DNA of 63,599 nt, the filler included, from Choristocarpus tenellus KU-1152 (lineage: Eukaryota; Protista; Phaeophyceae): the NCBI GenBank assembly GCA_964200185.2. It is 12 parts of 12 records of this genome, joined end to end, with 100 filler letters (N's around TTAATTAATTAA, not from the genome) between each part and the next. Parts side by side here need not be neighbours in the genome. Positions count along the whole stretch, not along the records: positions 42,102 to 50,280 come from CAXNAD020005042.1; positions 50,381 to 60,782 come from CAXNAD020002948.1; positions 60,883 to 63,599 come from CAXNAD020025345.1; 9 more parts are not named here. One strand, given 5' to 3'. The notes beneath the pieces were generated by a model, which worked only from the letters and a program-made list of their open reading frames with translations, was not told the DNA's origin and did no database searches. Below are positions 48,856 through 62,249 of this stretch, piece by piece. Both the position numbers and the translations under genes were made by a program. Position 1 is the stretch's first letter. Each line of letters opens with the position of its first letter.

Positions 48856-50217
48856 TCTGACTTGAGGTCCTCGCTGCAACAGGCTCATGCAGTATAAACT
48901 ATTTACTGGCGCCAACAATTAGTGCTGCTACTACCTACTGTGTAAGTACCAGGAACCAAAGCTTGCGTGGATTGTTCCGCACTTACTATGATGCGTTACA
49001 ACAGTGTGTGCTACTCATGACAAAAAACAAGATGAGCCACGGAGCACAAGGCTGCAGTGAGAACGGCCAACAGCACTGCGCCACTGATCGATGCCTGGCG
49101 TCACAGAGGGAGACAGGAGAGTGGTCCATTCATTGAGACTTGTATGTTGCTGTCTATACTGCTGCCTGACTGTAATTTTTGGCCGTGTGTGACTGCCTGC
49201 TGCCTCTGCTTGATGTTGGAAAGAAGAAAGGTAAATAGGTGATATTAATAAATTAAAAATAGCAGGACAAGACTGTCGCAGGTGCCATAAGGCGACAGAA
49301 GTTACTGCTCAAAATATGCAGGCGCCACTATTGTTGTGTTTTTGCTTTACCTGTACGTAGTAGTTGCACTCGGAGTGTGATTTTACGCCCTGGGGTATCT
49401 GATTTTTTTGGTAATTTAATACTCCAACTATACAACAGCTGTTACTAATACTGTATAGGAAGGGATCAGACCCCTTAGTTTTTTTTTGTACAAATGTTAC
49501 AATACAGCACGCAGCAAATATCCTCAAGCTGAAGGACAAGTAAGAACGGCAGCAAACACCCTTAGTTGAGATCAGTAGACAGGGTATGGCTACTGCTAAC
49601 AGGTAGGCATCATCCCTTACACCGTGGAGGATAGGAAAAACAATTTCGACCGGATTTTCCTCTTGGATATGCTACATGCTATTCTGGAGTGCTCCCCGAC
49701 GCAGTCGTTGCGCCCTACCGGAAAAAGGAACTCCTACTTGCGGGGGTCCAGGCCGACTGTCACCTATTCAGGTGTCTTCATCGAACCCTATTGCTGCTGC
49801 TGCAAGATAGGCCCGTGAGTGCAATCACTACAAGAAGGGAGGGTAAATTTGGCTCTCGTACTTTCGCCTCAATTGTGGATAGCTTCGAGTGAGTGTCTAG
49901 CAGCACTCAACAATAGGTAGGAGAGGAATTTTGGATAGAGGTAGCAACTCACGAGGTGGGTAATTAGTGGAGTAGGAGATAACTAACAGAGAGTTGTACA
50001 GAAAGACCTTTGCTGGAAGTAACACAGATTCTGTCGTTTTGTTTGTCGTTTGTGTTCTCTCGTCGCGTGCTACTTCTTTCTCTTCAGCCTTCACCAGGAC
50101 ATATCCACAAGAAATGTTAGTGAACACGATATAGCAAGAACACTCCCATAGAATTCAAAATGGGTGTTGTACTATTAGATACATGCATTACGTAATCAGG
50201 GGGGTAGAGACGATTAT

Positions 50218-50280
50218 ATTATTATGCCCTCTGACATTTTGCAGATGTGTCAGGGTAAAACCAATGAAAACTATATACAT
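50218..50280 (-). mobile_element. RLE-type non-LTR terminal hairpin/tail copy (truncated by contig end)
   Basis: Nearly identical to 11051-11112. Other short copies at about 14943-14989 and 23367-23404 (inverted). Confidence 0.75.
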
Positions 50281-51433
50281 NNNNNNNNNNNNNNNNNNNN
50301 NNNNNNNNNNNNNNNNNNNNNNNNTTAATTAATTAANNNNNNNNNNNNNNNNNNNNNNNNNNNNNNNNNNNNNNNNNNNNGAGTGGCACAGGGCGCAGGG
50401 GGGGTGAAGTTTCAGCCGGAAGTGCACCTTGTGAAACGCTCCACGGGAGAGGTAAGGTTGATGGCACTACTGACATCTCTACTGACATATCTTTTTCCTG
50501 TGCTATGCGTGGGAGTGTAAGTAAAATAGGTGTTGTTACAGTTGTTGGTTCTTTTTTGTTTCTTTTGTGACTCTAAGGTGGCGTTGGTGCACATGTTACC
50601 CTGGAGGATGTGAACCAATCAGGGTGATTGTTTTTGGTTGACGGTTATGATTGGCTGTTTTTGAGTCTAATGATAGCTTTTGCTTCTATCACCTGGTCCC
50701 CCTCGTCCCCAATAGAGTATGTTTGAATGTGTCTCCCCATCAAGGCAGCAAAGCACAGAATTGCTTGCAGAAAGAACGTTAGTGTTACTTGCATTTGTAG
50801 TTTCAATATCTAAGATTGTCGAAGTAGCCATGGCACTTGTTTTAAGAGAAGAGAATGAGAATTTTGAATATACCCCTGGGTACCTCTCATGCAAGAGATT
50901 ACCATTGTTTATCTCATTCAAATCATACCAGTACCTCTATGATTACCACAGAGGTACCACCCACGGTTTACTTTATTGGGGATAGCACAATAGTCATGCT
51001 GGACTCCAAAGAATGTGTACAACATGGAACACATTCCTTCTCCATGCTGTTCCCCTGCAGGAGGTTTGATTTGTAAGGTCACTGACATGACATAAAACAA
51101 TCCACAAGACCAGTCTTTTTGAGCTCGTTGAGGCAGAGAGACACCTAGCATAAGAGATGGTATTGGCCAATGATAGTAAGCTTCAAATTTTGGCATTACC
51201 TGTTGAACATCTCTTACAGGGTTAGGATTAACATCCCTACAACAGTCTTTTACAATCTGTCAATGACTACATCTTAAGCTGTCACCTCACATAACAATGT
51301 CACAAAGCCTAGCCCACAAGAGAGGAGGAAAGTGATGGATGATAAAGTGAATGAATATCTCACTCACTCACCCACTGCTAGGTGTTTTGTGCAGACAGGA
51401 TCCCCATTCATGACTGGGAAACATCATTGGCAG

Positions 51434-54400
51434 GCGACTTGCTCCTTCGGTCAACTTGTTGGTCCGTATCGGCATACAGGCAGGACACCCTTGACTCCCC
51501 TGTGGATGTTCAACAACACAGCTGTGGGGGTGAGGGGTTAAAGAGAGACTGGTCCATGTTTGGACATTTTGAAGTGTTGTTTGTGTTTGTTGTAGTATCA
51601 TGTGGCTTTAGTTGAGGTAACTACTGTCCTGAGCGGTTGTGTTTCAGGAAAAACGCCCTCTGTAATATACTAAAACTCTCTGCAATCTTCAATTTAAAAA
51701 AGTTGGGGTGCGCTATTGATAGTGAGTGCGTGTGGTGAGTGATGACATGAGCACTTTGTCTGGTTTGAGTATGCAGAGATTGAAGGATATTGACATTTTT
51801 TTATTATTTTCACTTGGATGCAAGGAGTGTAGGGCTGGAAGAAAGAAGGACATTTGATTAATTATATTGTTTTGTTTTCCTCTTGCTACACAGTACACTA
51901 TCATTCATCAAATATCATTTTTTTGGTACAATTTGTTTTTGTTCGTCATGTAATTTTTGTCCTATCATTGGCACAAAAGACCGGAAGCAGTTTGAAGCAC
52001 ATTTTTATTATTCTTATTATTCTTATCATTTTTACTCTTTTATTTTTACTTGCGGGTGGAGGAGGAAACCAACCAACACTATTGGATAGAAATAGGTGTG
52101 ATGACTCATCTGAACAGGGACAACTCCTTGCATGGTGTCTAATAAAAGATATTATTATTTGATTAATAATGATATTACTAGTAATACTACAAGGCAGTGT
52201 GCTTTGTCTGATGCAGGAGTAGGACAATATACCTCCCATCCCACACCTGCACCTTGTGCCTTCTGTCTCCTCCACACCCCTATCCCTACTGTACCCTACA
52301 TGAAACCTTGTGTGGTGTACCTTGTCTTGGCGTGGGATAATCAGGAGGAAAAATAAGAGGACTGCCACCAGCAACTTTTATCCTTGGGAAGGGAGACCTC
52401 ATTGTGGCAAGGGTTAGGGATGTGGATGATAAGGTGAGGAGGTGTTTATACTGCATGTAGTACACTGTATGTAGTACAGCTTTTCATAGCTGTTTCTGGG
52501 GTTGACTTGCACAGCAGTAGTGAATTGACTCAAACATGGTGTTGTGGAAGTAGAGAGGGGTTGCCCTTATGCTTTGGGTGTGTTGATGACCCTCAGCACA
52601 TAGCACATACATGGATCGAGTCATACCACTGATAGTAGTTGGTTTTGCTCTGTAGCCTATGATTTTGTGTGTTCAATTAATTCAAAGATGGAATCATAGG
52701 ATGGAAGTTACTCCAAGTCTGTGACATTGGTATGGTCGGATGTATTATGTTTTTATGAGTGAAATGAAGAGGACTGCTTTGTAACCGTTGGTAGTGTTTA
52801 ACCTTGCCAGAGACTTAGAGGGACTAGATACATAGTGCTGTACATCAAAACAATCAAATGAAGGAGATGTGCATGTTAATAGTATCTTTTTGAAGTGGTG
52901 ATTGATGGGAATTGGCTAGTGTTTTATTAAAAGGCAAAAGAAATATACACATGTCAGGGTTAGGGCTACAGGGATTGGTTGTTTCTTGTGTATTAAGAAT
53001 AATATCATAGAATAGTATTCCTTTTGTGTGTTTGCTATAGTGCCATTTTGTTTCTTGTGTATTAAGAATAATATAACAGAACAGTATTCCTTTTTGTGTG
53101 TTCAGTATAGTGCCATTTTGTTTCTTGTGTAATAAGAATAATATAACAGAATAGTATTCCTTTTTGTGTGTTCAGTATAGTGCCATTTTGTTTCTTGTGT
53201 AATAAGAATAATATAACAGAACAGTATTCCTTTTTTGTGTGTTCAATGTAGTGCCATTTTGTTTCGTGTGTAATAAGAATAATATAACAGAACAGTATTC
53301 CTTTTTTGTGTGTTCAATATAGTGCCATTTCGAGGGGCTTGCCTTGAGGGAGAAGTATTGAGAAAGTCGATTATCCTTGACGTGAAATTTTTGTAGGTGA
53401 AATTTCCCTTGAGATGTAGATTATGAACGTTTCAAGTGTCTTTTTTGTCTGCATTGGCAAACATTTGGTACTTGTCTATTAGTAGACTATTGGTATACTA
53501 AAGTACCTTTGATCGTCGCTTCTGTAGGATGAGAGCATAAATGACAATAAATGCTCAAATGGACTCAAGGGTGGAGGGGGATCATGTGCAGTATTGATAT
53601 CAATCCACTAGGTGTCTTGATTAGTTACTTTGTTTTTTTTATATGTATATTTTGTTGTTGTAATGAGTACATACATGCCTGTACTTCAATGCAGATCATT
53701 GCACTACTATTGTTGATTGCTTTTCACTACCTAGGTGTCCTGGGCACTCAAGCGAGGGGATTTTCATGGGGCAGTCATCACAACCATAGCCAACCGACAT
53801 CTACTGAGGCGTTACCATTTCCAGGTGTGATTAATGTGATTAGTGTGATTGCCATGGTGCAACAGCAATAGTATGTATCACACTATTAGTTCTAGTTAGT
53901 AGTAGTGTGTGATTTTAATGATAATACTAATGTGTCAGCCTTGTCTCCAAGAGTGGACTACAGGGTGACTGACATTTTGGCTTGTTTTCATTACAATTGC
54001 TGCACCATCTACACTTCTTATACCCTAAGGGGTGTGTCTGAAGCTTCCATTTCAATTTTGCATGTGGCCTAGGGTACACAACAATGTGAGTTTCAAAACA
54101 TACCGCCTGACACAATGTTGTACACCTGTATATCAAAACATATCGCCTGACACAATGTTGTACACCTGTATATCAAAACATATCGCCTGTCACAATGTTG
54201 TACACCATTAACGTGTCATTCTGATCAGATTCATGTGAGATACAGATGCCAATCTTTTTGAAAGTAATTTTACAATATTGGTATTGGTGAGGTCACTGGA
54301 AGGTCGTTCTCAACCTAACCATGGCTTTGCACGAGTTTGGATTCTATATATTTTTTCCACTATGGTAGAGTTTAGGGGTTAGGGTTATTGGTTGAAAGAT

Positions 54401-57400
54401 CTTATTTGTGCCAAACAATGCTGCTCTTAGATCAATTAGATCAGTTTGGTGATTATTGTTTTTTGTTCTTTGGTGTGAGTGGAATAATTATTAGTAGAAT
54501 TTGACATGATATTGGACAATAATTATGAAGGCGCTGGCTGATGGAGTGGCCTGAGTCTTGTGTTGTGGGTGATGATTTGCCTAACAAGTACACACTGGTA
54601 AAAATGGTGTTAAGAAGTTTTCAGTATGAATGGTATGGGCAAGCACTGATGTAAATATCTCTGTATCATAGTGGATATTACATTAGTTTATCAATATATC
54701 GTATGAGGAACCGACCAACCCCTAGCTACAGTTAAACCACAAACAATTTCTCCATCATCTCCATCGAACTATCCTCCACCTTAAACCCATTAACCACCAT
54801 AGTTTCATCAGAAAACCCTAACCCCCTCCTACAGTACAGTAAGTTAGACTCACTCACAGCCAAATATGTACCATTTGTACTAGTGTGTAGTTAGTGCTCA
54901 TATCATTCACATTAAAAAAACAAAAACAATATTACCTATCCCGCCCCTGAGTAGAAATTACACAAATTACCTAGCAGTCAACCCCTAACCCCCATTTACA
55001 ATGAAGGACCTGGTCAGCAAGTATCTGGAGGATCTGATGATTAAGGGGGACTACTCTCGGGCTGCATCAGAGTGTCCAGTCCTCCTTGAAGATGATACTA
55101 CCGTGTGGGAGAGGTGGATATACAGCTTTGCACAGAGGCGAAGGCTGGCAGACATGGCCCCCTTTGTTCCAACCTCCAATCCACAGCTTCCTGGTCCGGT
55201 TTACGAGTTGATCCTGGAGCACCTGTTACTAAATCAGCCTCCCCTATTTCTAGAAACCCTCCGCAGGTGTGTGTGTCTGTGTTGTGTGTCTGTGTATGTG
55301 TATGTTCATGGATAAAGGTGATACCACAGTGTTGTGGGGTGAAGTGGATGAGGTTGGTGCTGAATTGTCTGTCTTGGTGTAAAGGGCAAGGGAGGGAGGG
55401 TTTCCGGGTGCATGAAAGGTTCAGACCGATCAGTAGGTAAAGCATGGGAAGGGTTAGGGTTGGGTTTGTTGTGGAAGGGAGGGGACGGGAGGGGAGGGGG
55501 CGTAAGTCACTGCCTTGGGTATTTGAGAACACACGCTTTTGATTACTTGATAGTGAATTGTTGGGTAACTGAGAGGGGGACTTTTCGATGTTTGCTGTTG
55601 TGAGTTTTCATCGTTTTCAAAGTGTAACATGTTAACTCTTTTTTTTTTTTGGGGGGGGGGGTTAATGGATGTAGCAAAATACATGTGAACTGATGCATGC
55701 CACCTACGGTGACATTTATGAAATTGGATGGTCATGTGCTTGGACAGGCCAGGAGAGTCATAAGAGGGATAAGATTCATAATGATGCTGCGTTTGTTTGT
55801 GCACCTCTCATGAAAAGTTAAGTCGCACTGCAGATGATGTGTGCAGACTGTAGGAAGGTTGGATCTAAGCTATTAAGGTTGCAAAGATGTTTGGTGGATA
55901 ACGTTCTAAGCCCTCTCTTTGCCATGTATGATGTATGTTAGTGAGGGTCAACGTGAGTGCAAATCTCTGTTGATTTATGTTTCCCCTATCTTATGACATT
56001 ACTTTATACATTGACTTTCACCTCTCACTTCACAACAGGGAGACTGACTGTTCTAATATCCCTAACCCTACCCTACATATTTTCTCCTCCATAATAATCT
56101 AATAATAATAATAATAATCTCTTGAGGTGTGGGACAAAAAGGCAAGTGTCTTTGTAATTGTGACATCCGTGCCCTCCACTGTTTTGTTTTACAGCACCTG
56201 TCCATTGTCCAATGAAATTGTCCAATGATGTACAGCAACATTTCAATGCTAGTGAGACAGACCACATCGTACCCTTCACCTCATGTGTGTTGCACCCTGT
56301 GTGTGACCTTGGGTCTTATTTTTTGTTTCAAGGTGGGGACATCCAAGGGGGCACCATGGGGGACAGCTGGGGCGTTCTGGGAGCCGCAAGATTGTTTCTG
56401 TTGAGGGGAGTGGGAATGGGGCAGGGGACAACCCTGAGAAGGAGCCAGAGCAGCAGCAGGTGTGTGGGTGGCTATATTCCTGTTCCCTGTGATGGTGAAA
56501 TTTTGTCTTTTGGGACTTGAGGCTGATGAAGATCGGGTTGTGAGAGACGTGTCTTTATTGTTTCATGTTTCTGTTCAGGTGTTGTATTGGTTATTAGAAT
56601 ATTGTGGGGGAGGACTCATTTTCCCTTTGAGGTTCATACCTTTCCAACCAGCTTTTATTTTAAGCCTAGAGTAGGTTGGTTGTACAGGTTGAGATTCATG
56701 TCATAGACTACACGAGTAGAAAGTGTCGCACTATCACTTTACCCTCTCAACACACAGCATAATATAAATCTACCAAAACATGAATATCATGTGTTTGTTA
56801 TAAAAGCGTATTGTACGAAACAAAATAACATTGTTATCACAGTGGGTTAATGCCAGTCGTACTAACAACAGTGATGACATTTTCTCAAAGTGGTATGCAC
56901 TTATGCTATGTTATGTTATGTTATGTTACGTACTCTCCTCTACAAAGATGTCCAGTCCAAACCCGTTGACCCACTCACTGTTGAATATTCAAGACTATTC
57001 CTCTAGACAAAAATCCATTCCACACTACACCCTCACCACCTTGTAACCCCGACCCCAACCTGCCCTGCCAAGAACGCTGTTGAATCTACCAGAATGTTAA
57101 CAGTTGATGCCCTTCCCATGACCTCATCTGTTTTTAATCAACTCTTTTGGGGCTGTGGGTTCCATTGCATGCAGGATCTGTACAGTCTTTCTATGATAAT
57201 GTCACGCATTGAGGCCTCTTTGGTTCGAAGGCCTGACCCTGTTGTCATGGAGGCTCAGGTGAACTGCTCGATAAAAATCATGACTGTGAACTCTTTGAAA
57301 CATATTTATTACTTTGAAATAAAGTATAATGTTAATAATTGCTGCAGTGTGACCATGCATATATATATATACAATACAACACAATGTTGTCCTCCTTATT

Positions 57401-60400
57401 ACCTTACCTTGTGTCCTTTGTCTCTTGAGTGTATGTCCTTTGTTCCTTCTTGATTATGACCCTCCTTGGTTAAGTTGGTTAGAGTGCTTTTCTGCCTTGA
57501 TTTCACTGAGCCATTTTGTGGTGAGACATATTATTTTGCTTAGGTATGATTGGTGATTGGTTGTTTAATAGCCGCAGTAGTGGGTCACATGACCAAATCC
57601 ACTTACTACTCATCCAAGACAAGATTCCTCACAACCCAAGACAATCATTTGGGAAAGGAGATTTCAAGATGTATGTAGTGAGCACATGATGTATTTACTT
57701 TGTATGATTAAGAAGAGTGTTGGTGTCTATATATGTATTGTGTGATGCTGTTGGTGAAAATGTCTATATATGTACACCTGCAGGCAGAGGCGTTTGTGAT
57801 GGACAGGCAGTTCACACGTGCCATAAAGGTGTACCTTACTTTGGCAGACCAGGGTGATGCAAATACAGACAGGCGGGGGGCGGGGGTGGAGACAACACCG
57901 CGTCAGGGGCAGGACTTGGAACGACTACCTGTAGATAGGGATCAAAAGGATAGCCGTGGGGGAGGAAGAGTTTTGCTAGGGCAGGGGAAGGCGGTAGATA
58001 GTGGGGTTGCATCGAAAGGGCGCTATGGGCATGTGTTTCAGTTGATTGAGCAACATTCTCTCTTTGGGGCTGTGCAGGTGAGGAATGAGTTCTTTGTGCG
58101 GTACTGCTTGTACATATGTACATACTGTATTATTATTATTTTTGTTATTGTTAATATTATAGTCATAATAGTCAAAATATGTACTGAGGGGGGGGGGGTT
58201 ACATTCATGTGGTTCTTGGATTTTCCAGGGCTTTTCACCAGGCCAGCAAATTTAGAATGTCCTATCCACCAGCCAAACCTGTTCCGCAATTACTAACATT
58301 TAGAATGTCCTGGTCCATGTTCACTAGGTAAATTGAAGCAGTTTATGCACATGTCTGGGTCGGTCCCATAATTTTTTTAACATATCCTGGTCCATGTCCA
58401 CTAGGTATTAAACTGGTATATGCCCATGTCCAAACTGATCCCATAATTTTTATAACGTGTCCTGATCCATGTCCATAGGGTATTGTACTTGTTTTTGTCC
58501 ACCGACGGACCAGTACAACTTTTTTCTTTTGTGTCCTTGTGTGTTGGGACTATGTCCACCCATCACTTTAATTTTTTTTAATCTTTTTTATTTTTTTTTA
58601 TTTTTTTCTCACATGTCTGGAACATGTTCGCTACTTGTTTTTTTACACAAGTTCATGGCATTTACACACACACAGATCGCAAATCACCTTTGGACACTCA
58701 ACAATACACTTGTATTAAATTTGCAATTTTAACTTTCTAATTAAAACAATATGAAATAATATAGAAATATCACTAAATGTATATACTTTATTTAGTACTT
58801 CAATTGAAATTTAGAATTTAGGATGGAATATTCAAGAAGAGTTGTAAAATATAAAACAGGAGGCATGGGCATGTCGTGGCCAACCCAAGTGTTAAAAAAA
58901 AAATGACCTTACCAACAGTAGATAAAGTGTGACCCAAGTCCATGGCCGAGTCAAGTCAAGTCCATGCCCATTGACCGTTTCAACATGGCCGGACCACGGA
59001 TTGGCCCACGGTCATATGGCCAACAATGGACATGCTAAATGCCTGGCCCAGTGAAAAGCCCTGGGATCTTTGAGTAATTTGTAGTTTTGTATCTTTGAGT
59101 AGTTTAAAAAACATCGAAACATGGCATTCATAATAATATTGCTCTTGTTTCTTTGGGGGCAAGTGGTAAGAGAAATGTTTTATGAACAGATAGTAGAGGG
59201 TTAGATAGTAGAGGGTTGTTCTAACCATCGTGCCATTGTACTGTTACTTCCTGGAGGATTACAATAAGAAGTACTCTGGGTGGAGGTGCATTCTACCAAC
59301 TCCTGTGATGTTGTAGAGATGCTGGGACTCAAACGACAGTTTCTGTATTGACCATTAGACATTAGACATACTAACCCACCATCATCCCTAGCACCCTGGC
59401 AGGCTACCAACCCTGTGTTATTGGTGCTCTCTCTTGAAACTGGGCCAAGCTGTCATTTGAAATTTGTTTAGCTGTTACAATTGAGAAGTGTTGATTATTA
59501 TTATTACAATTATCATCGTCATTAATATCACAGGCATGCTTTATAACTTGAACAAAGTAAGACCATCGTCCACCTAGCCTCCTAACCACATTGAGGAGTG
59601 TGAGCTATCTCCAGTGAAAGTAGAAGATTGTCATATTGAGTATTTTATTGTATGCAATATTTTGCTGTATACTTGTGTTTGTTAATAATGACAAAAGAGG
59701 TTTCGATGGAATTGCGTCCATTAGGGTCCCTGCTACAAAAGTGTCCCAAGTTGCTGGAGATGAGATGTTAATCTTATCTGATCTATGCTCATCATAATAC
59801 AAAAATTGGAAAAAAAAAAAAATCTTTGAGAAATTTAGCAATGTCACTGAGGAAACAGCAGTAATGCTTTGACCTGAATGTATAGTGCCACTAGGGCTGC
59901 ATAGGTTGGGCTTTTCTCATGTTGGCTAAAAGGCACAGACCTAAGTCATTTCTGATATGCATATGGTCAGGTGTAGAAAATCTTGCACAATTTGCCTAGT
60001 GGTGGTAACCTCCGCCTCTCCTATTCTTGATGTTTACGGGATGATGTTGAATGTTGGGGTTTATCACAACTAGTTTTTGTATGCCCTGTGCGGCATTATT
60101 TCCACTCATAATGCACTTTTGTTTTCATTTGTTGCATTCTTACTTTCCTATTTGTCAAGTTTGGAAGTTGGGTCTGTTAATGAATACGTGGCAAGTGTCT
60201 GTCAAGTTCGCATTGAGTTGTAACCTAACCTGTTTCTTGCTGCTTGAGTAGTTTTTTGTTTTTGTTTTTTTTGTTTTTTGATGTGGTCCACACGCTGCAA
60301 TTTTTTGGGGAATATTGATTTGCAGCTTTGTCCTTGGAAAGTTCTACGATGTTGATAGATTCGTGCTCATGAGGGGTAACTATTCCTATTCCAGAATCAG

Positions 60401-60697
60401 GAGTAAGTATCATTCCCCCCTCCTCAATACAGGCACCTGAGTGCAAACCTCTCCCCCCACTCAAAACACACCCACATTGATTCCACCCATCAGGACCAAG
60501 TCTTCCAATTAATCCACTTAGACCGGACTCTGGCAGGAGATCTGTTAGTAAAGCATGCAAATAAGCTCACACTGCAAGTTGTGGTGCCCCAGTTGAGGCA
60601 CAGAAGAGACCTGCAACACTGGTACCTGTGCCTGGTGTTTGATAGACGACCAGAATTGTACAACTCACAGGAATATGCCAGTTTCCACATACTACAG
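51434..60697 (+). CDS. VPS41: Vacuolar protein sorting 41 (HOPS subunit), partial multi-exon
   Basis: Exons: 52345-52433 (DLIVARVRDVDDK), 53735-53824 (VSWALKRGDFHGAV), 55007-~55266 (WERWIYSF..FVPTSNPQLPGPVYELIL), ~56333-56459, ~57175-57258, 57784-58077 (HVFQLIEQHSLF), 60494-60697 (VVPQL..LQHWYL). The exon at 51434 is tentative. Confidence 0.88.
52979..53330. repeat. ~70-bp tandem repeat x5 (VPS41 intron)
   Basis: Unit TTGTTTCTTGTGTA(T/A)TAAGAATAATATAACAGAACAGTATTCC...GTGCCATTT starts at about 52979, 53048, 53118, 53188 and 53259. Confidence 0.92.
54093..54206. repeat. 40-bp tandem repeat x~3
   Basis: TCAAAACATATCGCCTGACACAATGTTGTACACCTGTATA at 54093, 54133 and 54173. Confidence 0.92.
58226..59063. 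mobile_element. Non-autonomous hAT-like element (838 bp) in VPS41 intron
   Basis: TIR CAGGGCTTTTCAC / GTGAAAAGCCCTG. Degenerate 8-bp TSD GGATTTTC / GGATCTTT. Subterminal GTCCATG(T/C)CC repeats. Confidence 0.78.
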
Positions 60698-61227
60698 GTG
60701 AGAAGTTGGGAGGGGGGGGGGGGGGGGGGGGGTTTTTTTTGTTTTGGTGTTTTTGAAGCGCCCGGTGCGCCGGTTCTCTCTTNNNNNNNNNNNNNNNNNN
60801 NNNNNNNNNNNNNNNNNNNNNNNNNNTTAATTAATTAANNNNNNNNNNNNNNNNNNNNNNNNNNNNNNNNNNNNNNNNNNNNAAAACAAAAAAAAAGAGG
60901 AAGAAGGAAGGAAAGAAGAGGGGGAGAGGGAGGGGGGGGGGGGGGGAGGGGGAGAGGAGGGGGGGAAGGGATGTGGGAATAACCTTTTTCACAGAGAGTA
61001 CACACACTAACAGACATTTCCTCATCCCTCATTTGGTCTTGCTTACACACACACACACACACACACACAGATACACACTCTACTTCCTCACACTACATCT
61101 CAAAGGAGAAGGAAGAACAGGAGTAGCATATGTGCCCTAACCACAACTACAATAATAATAATAATAAAAACATTAATAATTTATTTATCTTACATATTAA
61201 AAAAATATATATATATATATAATTCAC

Positions 61228-61402
61228 CTTTCACACCCTGCTGGTTGTACTCGGCGTGTCCCCACCCATAACACTGCCCGTCCCTGGTAACACACATGGA
61301 GTGGTTTGAACCAGCGCCAACACTCACAATTCCACCTCCCACCCCTCTCAACCCCTCGAGGAGGGTAGGAGACAGACGCTCCACCTTGTTTCCAAGGCCA
61401 AG
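61228..61402 (-). CDS. Exon encoding an RCC1 repeat
   Basis: cag|LGLGNKVERLSPTLLEGL..IVSVGAGSNHSMCVTRDGQCYGWGHAEYNQQG..|gtgaat. Confidence 0.85.
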
Positions 61403-61573
61403 CTGTGACATAAAGGGGAGGTAGTGGGGCTCAGCGCAGGGAGGGATGACAGATTTGTGATTCAAATGAGCGGGGAGGATTTGTGCCATGTCCTTGGCCA
61501 ATGGGAAAGATTCAAATTGGTCCTTGGCCAATGGGGGCGGGGGGCGGGCGGGGGCCAGGGGCCAGTTGAAGTA

Positions 61574-61660
61574 ATTGTTTGAATTGTTTGAATTGTTTGA
61601 ATTGTTTGAATTGTTTGAATTTTTTGAATTTTTTGAATTTTTTGAATTGTTTGAATTGTC
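61574..61660. repeat. 9-bp (TTGTTTGAA)n repeat
   Basis: Directly visible. A (CAATA)n run also occurs at about 62937-62983. Confidence 0.9.
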
Positions 61661-62193
61661 CGAAGCAAGCACTACACAAAAAAAAAGAAAAGTATCATCA
61701 CTGTGTGAGGTCGTGACACAACCAAAACACACATACCGTACATACATAAGTACATACATATATATACATAAATACATACATATATATACATAAATACATG
61801 CAGGCACACGCACGCACGCACCCGCACGCACCCGCACCCGCACACCTCCCCTTTATTTTTTTTTGACGATGGAACGATTCAGCAAGTGAAAAAAAAATAC
61901 AAATAAAACTCTCGATGTCGTTCAGTAAAAAATACAAATAAAACTGCGGCGGTAGCACCACACCTTAGCTCTGGAGCACATTTATTTTTATTTATTTTTG
62001 GGGGGGGGAGGTCCTGCATACACGCCGGTCTTCGCAGTTTCGTGCATTTAAATCATATAAATAATAATAATATTTAAATAATATCCAAAACTATTTATTT
62101 GTAGCATAAACAAATAATAAACAAGATATAACTAATGAAGATCAAGGAGCAACCATGATGTTTTACTTTACTTGAAATCCACGAACATGATTA

Positions 62194-62249
62194 CTAACCC
62201 TAACCCTAACCCTAACCCTAACCCTAACCCTAACCCTAACCCTAACCCT
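62194..62249. repeat. Interstitial telomere-type repeat (CCCTAA)~9
   Basis: Perfect TAACCC array internal to the contig. Confidence 0.92.

Noticed and set aside
52979-53330. CRISPR-like array
   Set aside because: Contiguous tandem units with no unique spacers, in a eukaryotic intron with no cas genes.
3351-60882. Regularly repeated TTAATTAATTAA flanked by Ns; ORFs ending in X-runs or LIN
   Set aside because: Artificial contig-joining linker. Gene neighbourhoods across linkers are meaningless.
62194-62249. True chromosome end
   Set aside because: The array is short and flanked by ordinary sequence on both sides.
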